A stretch of 64,000 bases of DNA. Source: Thermodesulfobacteriota bacterium (GTDB taxonomy: Bacteria > Desulfobacterota > Binatia > Bin18). This document shows, one piece after another, positions 29,806 to 38,854 of this stretch. The notes under the pieces were generated by a model. That model was given only the letters and a program-made list of their open reading frames with translations, was not told where the DNA came from and did not search any database. The number at the start of each line of letters is the position of its first letter. The first letter of the stretch is position 1. The position numbers and the translations under genes were made by a program. Where the stretch lies: the NCBI GenBank assembly GCA_964291405.2, contig OZ219926.1, forward strand, positions 3,456,001 through 3,520,000, read 5' to 3'.

Positions 29806-29840
29806 TTGACAAATGAAATTGATAATGATTCTCAATTTCA
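29806..29840 (+). promoter_or_regulatory. TTGACA -35 element next to a Fur-box-like operator
   Basis: TTGACA 29806-29811; TGAAATTGA-N9-TCAATTTCA inverted repeat 29814-29840; GATAATGATTCTCAATTTC matches 15/19 of GATAATGATAATCATTATC. Confidence 0.8.
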
Positions 29841-29969
29841 ACAAAATAATTTTGACAGGAGGAGGTGAGGTAGCAGCAGACCTGTCGGCAATCGATTATG
29901 AGGCACACACGAGTGGCCCGAGGACCTGATCCCAGCGCCCATCAAAGGACAGAGAGGAGACAGACCATA

Positions 29970-31443
29970 ATGCGGAAAAGCGTATGGATTTTGAGCGCGC
30001 TGGCTCTCGTACTGGGCATTCCCGTGAGCGGCCATGCCGCCGATGAAGAGCGGATGCAGCAACTTGAACAGCAATTGCAGGCCATGCAGAACGCGATGTC
30101 GTCGATGCAGGGCGAGTTGGAAAGCCTGCGGACCGAACACAAGCAGGAACAGGAGCGGGAGGCAGAACAGACCCGCCGCCAGGACGTCCTGGCCGAGGAA
30201 GTGGACAACCTGCGCACCAGCCTGACCCTGCCCGACTTCAAACCCCTGACCATGGAAGACAGCCGTATACGGCCTGGGACCGTCGGCCTCCAAAGTTTAC
30301 GGCGTCGAGCAGGGCTTGTCGATCGGCGGTTATGGCGAGGCCTATTACCGCAAGGACGTGAGCGACAAGTCGCGGAGCGACCGCGACTTTGCGGACAACC
30401 TGCGTTTCGTGCTGTACACCGGCTTTAAGTTCACCGACCGCATCATCCTCAATGCCGAGCTGGAGTTCGAGCACGCCGGAACGGGCGCTGGCGGTTCGGT
30501 GTCGGTCGAGTTTGCCTACATCGATTTCCTGATGTGGGAATGGGCCAATTTCCGGGCCGGTATGTTGCTCGCCCCGCTGGGCATCGTCAACGAGTTGCAT
30601 GAGCCCGTGTTCTTCAACGGCGTGGAGCGACCCGAGGTTGAGCGGCGCATCATCCCCTCGACTTGGCGCGAGAACGGCATTGGCATATTCGGTGAGCTGC
30701 TGCCCGGCCTCGAATACCGCATCTACGGCATGAACGCGCTTGAAGGCGTGGCAAGCAACACGTCCAAGTGTTCGCCTAACGATGACGGCAACTGTTTGAC
30801 CAAGCCCTCGTTCAAACTGAAGGAGCACTTCCGCAGTACGCGCCAGAAGGGCGGTAATGCCGTGGCCGAGGATATCGGGCTTGCGGCGCGGCTGGACTAT
30901 ACGCCCATGCTGAACCTCAAGTTTGGCGGCTCGGTCTACACCGGCAAGTCCTCCCACGATAGTCAGTACTACGAGTGTGTGGACGGGAAGTGTGGCCCGG
31001 TCAATGTGCCCGGCGCGCGGCTGACCATCTGGGAGCTGCACTCCATGTACAGTTGGCAGGGGCTGGACCTGCGGGCGCTGTTCGCCATGTCCCATCTCAA
31101 GGACTCGGACGAACTCAACCGCATCGGTGGTGGCGGGAAGATCGCCAAGGAGATGTACGGCTTCTACGCCGAGGCGGCCTACGACATCATGCCGTGGGTG
31201 CTGGGGAATACCATACAGCAACTGTCGCCCTTTGTGCGTTTTTCCTATATTGACCAGCACGCCGAGATGGCTGGTGACTGGGACGCCAAGGGTCGGTATG
31301 AGCACCGCATCTGGACCACCGGTGTCAGCTATAAACCCCACCCGAACGTGGTGCTCAAGGTGGATTACCGCAACTTCGATACCGTGGATAACGACAACGA
31401 GCGTGAAGACGAGGTCAACTTTGGCATTGGCTTTGTTTTCTAG
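29970..31443 (+). CDS. Outer-membrane porin with N-terminal coiled coil; one frameshift at ~30250-30262
   Basis: Signal peptide and coiled coil in the first frame; AVYGLGPSASKVYG..SIGGYGE, ELEFEH, IIPSTWRENG and terminal GIGFVF in the next frame. Confidence 0.8.
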
Positions 31444-31471
31444 AGCCCGTGTCGTTCAGTACGTTCTGGGC

Positions 31472-31987
31472 ATGGTGGCACTGCTGGGCAGTGCCACCAT
31501 TGCCGAGGCCGAGGTTTTTTATTCCAAGGCAGAGGCGTTACAGGTGGCATTTCCCCAGGCAGACCGCGTCGAGACGCAAACCTTCTTCCTCACCCCGCAG
31601 CAGATCGAACGGGTTGAGACCTTGGCGCAGGCCCCGGTCGATTCCAAGCTGGCCACCTTTCACGTCGGCCATGCGGCCGACATCGTGCAGGGCTACGCCT
31701 TTATTGAGACACATATTGTGCGGACCTTTCCGGAAACATTTCTGATGGTGGTGTCCCCCGACGGCATACTACAGAAACTCCTGGTGCTGGCCTTTTATGA
31801 GCCGCTCGACTATCTGCCGTCGGATCTCTGGCTGGAGCAGTTTGATCGGAAGCGACTGACGCCCTCGTTGCGCCTGCGGCGCGATATCCACGGTATCATG
31901 GGCTCAACGCTGACCGCCCAGGCCGCGACCCAAGGCGTGCGCAAAGTCCTGGCCCTTTTTCAGGTCTTGATTCAGGAGAAACAATAG
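31472..31987 (+). CDS. Exported FMN-binding domain protein; start approximate
   Basis: Signal-like N-terminus; HIVRTFPET, AFYEPLDYLP..WLEQF, DIHGIMGSTLTA resembling the flavinylation motif; upstream of apbE. Confidence 0.72.
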   Translation: MVALLGSATIAEAEVFYSKAEALQVAFPQADRVETQTFFLTPQQIERVETLAQAPVDSKLATFHVGHAADIVQGYAFIETHIVRTFPETFLMVVSPDGILQKLLVLAFYEPLDYLPSDLWLEQFDRKRLTPSLRLRRDIHGIMGSTLTAQAATQGVRKVLALFQVLIQEKQ

Positions 31988-31988
31988 C

Positions 31989-32561
31989 GTGCGCTTTGTG
32001 ATTACCGGCGAGTGGTCCAGAAACCGGCTGCTCCAACTCATCATCGTCATCTTCGTCATCTATGTCATCGGCCTGTGGCTGACGAACGCCCTGCTGTACT
32101 TCCAGAAGATGGACCTGAGCTATGTCTCGGTAACGGAATACTATCTGGGCTCGGAAGAGCGTTTTCTTCAGCCCCGCAGCTATCAGGGCATGCTGGAAGT
32201 GACGCATTTTCACTTATTTGCCATGGGACTGCTGCTGCTGACGCTGACACATCTGATGTTGTTCGTGCCCATCTCTCCGAACCTGAAAGCCTGGCTGATC
32301 ATCATTCCGTTTTTCTCCGCCCTGATTGATGAGGGCGGCGGCTGGCTGGTGCGCTTTGTCCACCCCGGCTTTGCCTATCTGAAAATTGCCGGCTTTCTTG
32401 CCCTGGAAATCAGTCTGGCGGCGCTGGTCGTGATCTGTCTGTGGTCTATCTTTCGGGGCTCACAAGAGCACTACCGGCAGCCGAGGCCGCCCGCGGTGCG
32501 GCGGGACAAAGTCGATGTGGAAAATGTCGGTCTTGGGGCCGCAGGGGAGATGGTGGAATGA
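31989..32561 (+). CDS. Four-TM membrane protein with intramembrane His residues, possible cytochrome b-like
   Basis: LEVTHFHLFAMG, LTHLMLF; sits between FMN-binding gene and apbE. Confidence 0.7.
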   Translation: MRFVITGEWSRNRLLQLIIVIFVIYVIGLWLTNALLYFQKMDLSYVSVTEYYLGSEERFLQPRSYQGMLEVTHFHLFAMGLLLLTLTHLMLFVPISPNLKAWLIIIPFFSALIDEGGGWLVRFVHPGFAYLKIAGFLALEISLAALVVICLWSIFRGSQEHYRQPRPPAVRRDKVDVENVGLGAAGEMVE

Positions 32562-33610
32562 GGAGGGATTGGGGATTCGGGATTGGGGGTTGGACGGTCG
32601 TTGGGATCGTCAGCCTCCTGGTTCAGGGTGGTCCTGTCCGGGCGTGTGAGACCGATGGCCGCTATATTATGGGCACGGTTTTCCAGGCCACGCTGTGCCC
32701 GACAGAGCCTACTTCCCAGGCGCAGATGGGCGCGGTGTGGCACGAGGTTTTTACCACCGCGCAGCGGTTTGACGCTCTTTTTACCACCTATGCTCCGCAC
32801 AGCCCGCTCAGTCATCTGAACGCCCGGGCCGGGCAGGGACTCCAGGCGGTTCCGGCCGAAGTGAGTGATATTCTACGGATCTCGCAGCGCTACGCAGACC
32901 TGACCAATGGCGCTTTCGACATTACGGTGCGGCCGCTCCTGAGCCTATGGCGACAGGCGGAGACAACCCAAACGCAGCCAACCGCAGCGGCTATTCGCCA
33001 TACCCTGCGGTTCATTGGGAGTCAGAAGCTGTACTTTGCTGCTCCTCATCAAGTTGGCCTTCCTGCACCGGGCATGGCGCTGGACCTGGGGGGCATCGGC
33101 AAAGGCTATGCGCTCGACCGGATCGCCCAGCAGCTCCATGAACAGCGGCTGACAAACGCCCTGCTCAATTTTGGGCAGAGCAGCCTGTGGGCGCTTGGCC
33201 GCCCGACTGACGGGGAGGGCTGGCGCTTATTGTTACGACAGCCGAATGGCGAGATCGTCGGCGTTGCCACGTTTTCCGATCAGGCCGTTTCCATCTCCGG
33301 GAGTCTTGGCCAGAGCATGCAGGTCGAAGGCCGGCGCTACGGCCATGTCATCGATCCCCGGACCGGCCGGCCCGTGCAGCGCGACCTTTTGGCCTGTGTT
33401 GTGGCTCCGAGCGCGGCCCAAGCCGAGGCCCTGAGCACGGCGCTTTTGATTTTAGGAGAACAGGAAGGACTCGATCTCATTGAGCAACTCGATGGCGTCG
33501 AAGGATTCTTACGTGAAGCACACGGCACACAGTGGATGACAACGGGGTGGGAGCGGGTCAGCCGTTTTGTCGCCTTAGTAGGGGCGGCGCAGGCGTCGCC
33601 CCTACCTTGA
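32558..33610 (+). CDS. apbE: FAD:protein FMN transferase
   Basis: IMGT, TNGAFDITV, LDLGGIGKGYALD, YGHVIDPRTG, AEALSTAL. Confidence 0.92.
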   Translation: MRRDWGFGIGGWTVVGIVSLLVQGGPVRACETDGRYIMGTVFQATLCPTEPTSQAQMGAVWHEVFTTAQRFDALFTTYAPHSPLSHLNARAGQGLQAVPAEVSDILRISQRYADLTNGAFDITVRPLLSLWRQAETTQTQPTAAAIRHTLRFIGSQKLYFAAPHQVGLPAPGMALDLGGIGKGYALDRIAQQLHEQRLTNALLNFGQSSLWALGRPTDGEGWRLLLRQPNGEIVGVATFSDQAVSISGSLGQSMQVEGRRYGHVIDPRTGRPVQRDLLACVVAPSAAQAEALSTALLILGEQEGLDLIEQLDGVEGFLREAHGTQWMTTGWERVSRFVALVGAAQASPLP

Positions 33611-33652
33611 CGAACAGCGAGTTCTGTCAGCGTACAGAGGAGGGACACAGAC

Positions 33653-33961
33653 ATGCGCACCAACGAAATACTGGCAACCATTCCAAACGAGGCATCTGCC
33701 ACCGCCCTGCCCAATACTGCGCTGGAGATCGCCGTGGAACTGCCCCAACCGGATGATCCCAACGGACAGGTAGACGAACAGCCGAGCATTGCCTTCCGGC
33801 GTCTGACGTGGGGCTCGGGTCTGGGTTGGTGTCGGCAGCAAACCCTGACCTTGACTCCGACTGAAGCCGAGGCCGTGCTCAAGGCATTACAGAAGAGTCG
33901 GCGCAAATGGCGCGGGGACTCTGCCGCGCCCCAGGGCAAAGTCATCCCTTTTCCGGGCTGA
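33653..33961 (+). CDS. Hypothetical protein
   Basis: GAGGAGG SD; 102-aa ORF ending GKVIPFPG. Confidence 0.55.
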   Translation: MRTNEILATIPNEASATALPNTALEIAVELPQPDDPNGQVDEQPSIAFRRLTWGSGLGWCRQQTLTLTPTEAEAVLKALQKSRRKWRGDSAAPQGKVIPFPG

Positions 33962-33979
33962 CCCTCAATCTGACCCATT

Positions 33980-34142
33980 TCCGTCACCTCGGCCCCCTCC
34001 CTTTCCCCCTAGGGGGAGGGGGCTCCTCCCTTTCCCGGCTCAATACATCCTAGGGACCCTCAAGCATCCGTCACCTCGGCCCCCTCCCTTTCCCCCTAGG
34101 GGGAGGGGGCTCCTCCCTTTCCCGGCTCAATACTCCTAGGGA
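33980..34142. repeat. Direct repeat (period 87 bp), each copy with a GCCCCCTCCC...GGGAGGGGGC hairpin
   Basis: TCCGTCACCTCGGCCCCCTCCCTTTCCCCCTAGGGGGAGGGGGCTCCTCCCTTTCCCGGCTCAATAC at 33980 and 34067. Confidence 0.9.
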
Positions 34143-34254
34143 GCACCTCTGTATTGCTTTGTCGGCCCAGGCGTGTTCAGAAGGTTTCAATTCTGAAGGT
34201 CGAAAATCATGGAGACCGTGTGCATAGCCCGGTTGTAATTATTGGCATGGACCC

Positions 34255-35070
34255 ATGTCTGAACGCAGATTTGGCCATATTCCAGGCTATCCGATTGGCT
34301 CCCACTTCGTCTCTCGCCAGGCACTCTCCAGAGCTGGAGTACACCGGCCTCGCATTGCCGGTATTGCTGGCAGCGGGCAGGTGGGCGCCGATTCGGTGGT
34401 TCTGGCTGGCGGCTATGAAGATGGGGTGGATTATGAGCATACCATTTTTTATACCGGCCACGGTGGGCGCGACCCTCAGACCCGTGAGCAGATAGGCCAT
34501 CAGGTCCTCATTCGTGGTAATCTGGCGCTGGCGCAGAACCGATTGCACGGCCTGCCCGTCCGCGTTATCCGTGGGGCAGGGTTTCGTTCCCCCTATGCGC
34601 CCGATTCCGGCTATCGGTACGACGGCTTGTACACGGTTGTCGACTACTGGCGGGGCGTCGGACGAGCGGGATTTTTTATCTGGCGTTTTCGGTTGGTCAA
34701 AATGGGTGAAGACCTACAGCGGCAGGAACGGGTCGTCCAAGAACGACTGTACGCTCAGGAGCTCAAGCAGCTCTACCACTATCGCTGCCAGATATGTCGC
34801 GTCCAACTCCGAGGTACCGCCGGGTCGTATGCCGAAGCGGTGCATATCCGGCCCCTCGAAGCCCCGCACAACGGCCCTGATACTTCCGAGAATATGCTAT
34901 GTCTGTGTCCGAACTGTCATATCCTGCTGAGCATCGGCGGGATCGGTATTGCCGATGATTTTACGTTGATCGGCAGACCGGGGAGTTTATACGTTGATTT
35001 TCGACACCGGATCAACATCGAGCATATACGTTATCGACGGCAGCACTATCCACCTGACTCCGAGATGTGA
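34255..35070 (+). CDS. SRA/YDG-HNH endonuclease (modification-dependent restriction, TagI/Sco5333-like)
   Basis: FGHIPG..GVHRP..GIAG..SVVLAGGYED..YTGHGG..GYRYDGLY SRA domain; CQIC..HIRPL..HNGPD..NMLCLCPNCH HNH domain. Confidence 0.88.
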   Translation: MSERRFGHIPGYPIGSHFVSRQALSRAGVHRPRIAGIAGSGQVGADSVVLAGGYEDGVDYEHTIFYTGHGGRDPQTREQIGHQVLIRGNLALAQNRLHGLPVRVIRGAGFRSPYAPDSGYRYDGLYTVVDYWRGVGRAGFFIWRFRLVKMGEDLQRQERVVQERLYAQELKQLYHYRCQICRVQLRGTAGSYAEAVHIRPLEAPHNGPDTSENMLCLCPNCHILLSIGGIGIADDFTLIGRPGSLYVDFRHRINIEHIRYRRQHYPPDSEM

Positions 35071-35118
35071 GGAGTACGAGTTCCCCCAGGTAGGAAAGAA
35101 AAAAGGGAGAGACCAACG

Positions 35119-35949
35119 ATGCAGGGCAATCTACGCAAGATGCGAACGCAGCCGGGTCCGCCCGTGGAGTATCGCTTGCCGGTCGGCGAGCAGGAGGTTG
35201 CTTTAAATCTCTTACTGGGTAAAACCGTGCGTCTCAGATTTGCCGGCGAGATTCACTGTGTGGCCTGCGGGCGCAAGACCAAGAAAAGTTTCAATCAGGG
35301 CTATTGTTATCCCTGCTTTCAGAGTCTTGCTCAGTGCGACATCTGCATCGTGAAACCCGAACTGTGTCATTACGAGCAGGGCACCTGTCGTGAGCCGACC
35401 TGGGGTGAGGCACACTGTATGCAGCCTCACTATGTCTACATAGCCAACTCATCCGGCCTGAAAGTCGGCATTACGCGCGGGAGTCAGATTCCAACCCGCT
35501 GGATGGATCAGGGCGCGGTACAGGCTTTGCCGATTTTTCGGGTGCAGAGTCGCTATCAGGCCGGGCTGCTTGAGGTCATGTTCAAGCAGCATATAGCCGA
35601 TCGCACCAACTGGCAGCGCATGCTCAAGGGCGAGCCCGAATTGGCGGACTTGGCAGCCAAGCGAGACGATCTCCTTGGGCTGTGTCAGGCTGAACTGTAC
35701 GACCAAACGCGGACCGCCGGGGAAAGCGCACTCACGCTGCTTGAGGAGGAGGACAGCCATTCGTTTACCTACCCCGTGCTGGAGTATCCCACCAAGGTCA
35801 AGTCACGCAATTTCGAGAAGACGCCCGAGATCGAAGGCACGTTGCTGGGCATCAAGGGGCAGTATCTCATATTCGATACCGGCGTGCTGAACGTGCGCAA
35901 GTTTGGCGGGTATGAGGTGCGGTTCGAGTCCCCAGACTCTCCCGCCTGA
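35119..35949 (+). CDS. DUF2797 domain-containing protein
   Basis: CVACGRKTKKSFNQGYCYPCF, KVGITR..PTRWMDQGA, GIKGQYLIFD. Confidence 0.88.
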   Translation: MQGNLRKMRTQPGPPVEYRLPVGEQEVALNLLLGKTVRLRFAGEIHCVACGRKTKKSFNQGYCYPCFQSLAQCDICIVKPELCHYEQGTCREPTWGEAHCMQPHYVYIANSSGLKVGITRGSQIPTRWMDQGAVQALPIFRVQSRYQAGLLEVMFKQHIADRTNWQRMLKGEPELADLAAKRDDLLGLCQAELYDQTRTAGESALTLLEEEDSHSFTYPVLEYPTKVKSRNFEKTPEIEGTLLGIKGQYLIFDTGVLNVRKFGGYEVRFESPDSPA

Positions 35950-36006
35950 AAAGCGAGGTGTTTTGCAAGACCCGACACCGCTGAGCTGAGACGTCCGTCC
36001 GGAGGA

Positions 36007-36543
36007 TTATTCTCCCAAGACCTGGACCCCGGCCTCGGCGCAGGAAATGTCCTGTTCGACCGTCCCGCCCCCGACACCAATTCCTCCAACGACTTCGTCG
36101 TCGATTATAATGGGCAGCCCGCCACCAACCACGGTTGCCCCCTCAAAATGGGACAATCCCACTAACAGGGCCGGGTCGTCTTTGATGGCATTATAAAAAT
36201 CGGCCGTGCCAAATCCGAATAGCGCGGTATACGCCTTGCGTTGACTGCCTTCGATGCCGAGGAGTGGAGCGCCGTCCATACGGGCAAAAGCTTTCAGATG
36301 CCCGCCGTCATCAACAACCGCCACATTTTGCTTGACACCCAGTTCTTTGGCGCGGGCGATCGCTGCTGCGACCATCCGTGCCGCCAGGGCATGGGTAATC
36401 GTTTTTTTGGTATAGGTTGTCTGCGGCTTCTGTTTTGCGTCTTCAGCGCTGCCGGCCGTAGGCGTCAGCGCGATGGAGGCAGCAACGGCAACACATAAGA
36501 GCAGAAAGAACCCTCTGGAAAAAACATGCCTGAGTTGAGTCAT
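36007..36543 (-). CDS. GlcG/HbpS-family heme-binding protein with signal peptide
   Basis: VAVVDDGGHLKAFARMDGA, KAYTA, GGLPIII..VGGIGVGG. Confidence 0.85.
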   Translation of the reverse strand: MTQLRHVFSRGFFLLLCVAVAASIALTPTAGSAEDAKQKPQTTYTKKTITHALAARMVAAAIARAKELGVKQNVAVVDDGGHLKAFARMDGAPLLGIEGSQRKAYTALFGFGTADFYNAIKDDPALLVGLSHFEGATVVGGGLPIIIDDEVVGGIGVGGGTVEQDISCAEAGVQVLGE

Positions 36544-36617
36544 GGGGTATCCCACCTTTCTCGTCGCCCGGCGCATCGCGCACCAGCTTCGTATCTCACC
36601 ATTATGAGCGAACCTCC

Positions 36618-38135
36618 CTAGCGCGTCCAGGCCAACCACCTGGTGAAGAGCGATTTGACCCGTGGGGTCAGCCGGGTACGATTATAGGCATCCGCGGCGC
36701 GTTTTATAGCTTCGGCCTGGGTGGGATAGGTATGAATGGTCCTGGCCAGGGTGCCGAGTCCCAGGCCGCCGACCATGGCCAGAGTCAGCTCCGAGATCAT
36801 TTCGCCGGCGTGCCGGGTCACAATCGTTGCGCCTAGAATAGTATCCTTACCGGCCTTGGTGTGGATTTTCACAAAACCGTCGGTATCGCCTTCGAGCACG
36901 GCCCGGTCGACCTGCCCCATCTCCTGCTGAAAGGTCTGGATGGCAATGCCCTGTTTTTCCGCTTCATGTTCATACAGCCCGACATGCGCGATTTCAGGAT
37001 CGGTATAGGTACACCACGGCACGGTGAGGGCGCTCGCCTTTGCCCGTCCGACGAACAGGGTGTTCTGGATCACAACGCGGGCCAGGGCATCCGCCATATG
37101 GGTGAATTTATACGGCGAGCAAATATCACCCGCTGCATAAATACGTGGGTTGGTCGTCTGAAGTCGATCATCGACCTTCACTCCTTGTCTGGTATCAAAA
37201 TCCACGTCGATGGCCTCCAGGTTCATCCCTTCGACGTTGGGCGCGCGACCCACCCCGAGGAGGACGGCATCCACGCGAACCTCTTCTTGCTGCCCATCTT
37301 TTTCAACCCGAAGCACTTTGTCCTGGCCGTCCCGCTCCACCCCGGTGATCTGACAGCCGAGGACGAGCGAGACGCCGTCTCGAATCAACGCGGCCTGGAT
37401 GAGGGCTGCGGCGTCCTTGTCCTCGCGGATGAGTATCTGGGGCATCACTTCCAGGAGGGTGACCTGCGACCCGAAGCGCGCAAACGCCTGGGCCATTTCA
37501 CAGCCGATCGGGCCGGCGCCGATGATAGCCAGCCGTTTGGGCAACTCGGTTAAGGAAAAGACGGTTTCGTTGGTCAGATAACCCGCTTCCGACAAGCCGG
37601 GAATCGGCAGGGGCATGGCCCGGGCGCCCGTGGCGATGACCGCCCGACGGAAACGCAGGTGCCGGCCGTCGACCTCCACGCTGTCCGAATCGACAAAACG
37701 TCCTTCGCCCAGAAAGACATCCACGCCAAGTTCGTCACGATAGCGCTGTGCCGAGTCGTGCGGACTGATTTCCGAGCGGAGCCGGCGCATCCGTTCCATG
37801 ACCGCCGGGAAATTCACTCGGGTTCCGGTCGGCACCTCGACTCCGTACTGGCCCGCGTCCCGGACATCCGCAACAGCCCGAGCCGCCCGGAGCAGAGCTT
37901 TGGACGGCACGCAGCCGACGTTTAAGCAGTCGCCGCCCAAATGCTCCCGTTCCACCAGGGCAACCTTCGCCCCAAGACCGGCCGCACCGGCTGCCGTAAT
38001 CAGGCCGGCAGTGCCTCCACCCAGGACGACCAGATTATAACTCGGGGCGGGCTCCGGGTTTGTCCAGTCACGGGGGTGGACGTTGGCAACGAGGGTCTGG
38101 TTATATGCATCCTCAGGGAATGCAATGGTCGTCAT
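36618..38135 (-). CDS. Pyridine nucleotide-disulfide oxidoreductase (MerA/Lpd-like, no C-terminal Cys pair)
   Basis: GGGTAG, GGDCLNVGCVPSK, GAGPIGCE, HTYPTQAE. Confidence 0.88.
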   Translation of the reverse strand: MTTIAFPEDAYNQTLVANVHPRDWTNPEPAPSYNLVVLGGGTAGLITAAGAAGLGAKVALVEREHLGGDCLNVGCVPSKALLRAARAVADVRDAGQYGVEVPTGTRVNFPAVMERMRRLRSEISPHDSAQRYRDELGVDVFLGEGRFVDSDSVEVDGRHLRFRRAVIATGARAMPLPIPGLSEAGYLTNETVFSLTELPKRLAIIGAGPIGCEMAQAFARFGSQVTLLEVMPQILIREDKDAAALIQAALIRDGVSLVLGCQITGVERDGQDKVLRVEKDGQQEEVRVDAVLLGVGRAPNVEGMNLEAIDVDFDTRQGVKVDDRLQTTNPRIYAAGDICSPYKFTHMADALARVVIQNTLFVGRAKASALTVPWCTYTDPEIAHVGLYEHEAEKQGIAIQTFQQEMGQVDRAVLEGDTDGFVKIHTKAGKDTILGATIVTRHAGEMISELTLAMVGGLGLGTLARTIHTYPTQAEAIKRAADAYNRTRLTPRVKSLFTRWLAWTR

Positions 38136-38248
38136 ACGGCTCCTCCTGCTGTGTTCCGGGCTCCTAAGAACAGGGTACTCGGGATGGTCCGGTTTACAAG
38201 GAGGGGAGGGGATATGGGCAGGCTGTCCCGCCGTGCCTGGGCCGGTTT

Positions 38249-38692
38249 CTACTTGGCCCAGCCCTCTTTGAGCGGCACAAAATAATAGGCGTTGAATTTG
38301 CGTGAGCGGAACTTCCAGACTCCGTCAATTTTGGCATACACGTCATCGTAATGCCCGGCGGCAATCACACTCTGGCCATCCTGCGTGGCGCGCAGCTCCA
38401 GATAACACGTTCCCGTGGCCCGGTCGCCCTCAAGGTCGATGACGTGATTATGGATAAAAGGACGTGGATCAAGAGCGGCCAGCCCCTGCTCATAGGCTGC
38501 CAATAACGCCTCGCTCCCCTTTGCCGTAGGCTGTGCCCCGCCGGCATCAAACTCACCATCTGCGGTAAAGAGGCTGACCACGGCAGGCACGTCCTGCTGC
38601 CACACATAATGGCAGTACCGCTGTGGAAGGTCTCGAATCGCCTCTCGGTCCAACATCTCCTGCACCTGTGTTTCCAGACTTTTGTCGGCCAT
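38249..38692 (-). CDS. SnoaL/NTF2-like protein
   Basis: LDREAIRDL..YC, SLFTADG, HNHVIDLEGDRATG, YDDVY..GVWKFRSR. Confidence 0.82.
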   Translation of the reverse strand: MADKSLETQVQEMLDREAIRDLPQRYCHYVWQQDVPAVVSLFTADGEFDAGGAQPTAKGSEALLAAYEQGLAALDPRPFIHNHVIDLEGDRATGTCYLELRATQDGQSVIAAGHYDDVYAKIDGVWKFRSRKFNAYYFVPLKEGWAK

Positions 38693-38854
38693 TGCTTTCT
38701 CCTTTTTCGGTTCGTTGTGTGGCCGTCTTACCAAAAGTCAGGCGCCCGGGATATGGCAGGATAGAGCTGGGTAGGGCCAAGGGCGTGGGTTGCGCGCAGA
38801 CAACGAGAGCTTATAGGATGCGCCGGTGATATGGCTGGCGCTCAGGAGGGGAGT

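Noticed and set aside
33980-34142. Possible CRISPR array
   Set aside because: Only two long copies, no unique spacers of regular length, no cas genes.
36618-38135. Mercuric reductase merA
   Set aside because: Lacks the C-terminal Cys-Cys pair and any mer operon context; kept as a generic disulfide oxidoreductase.
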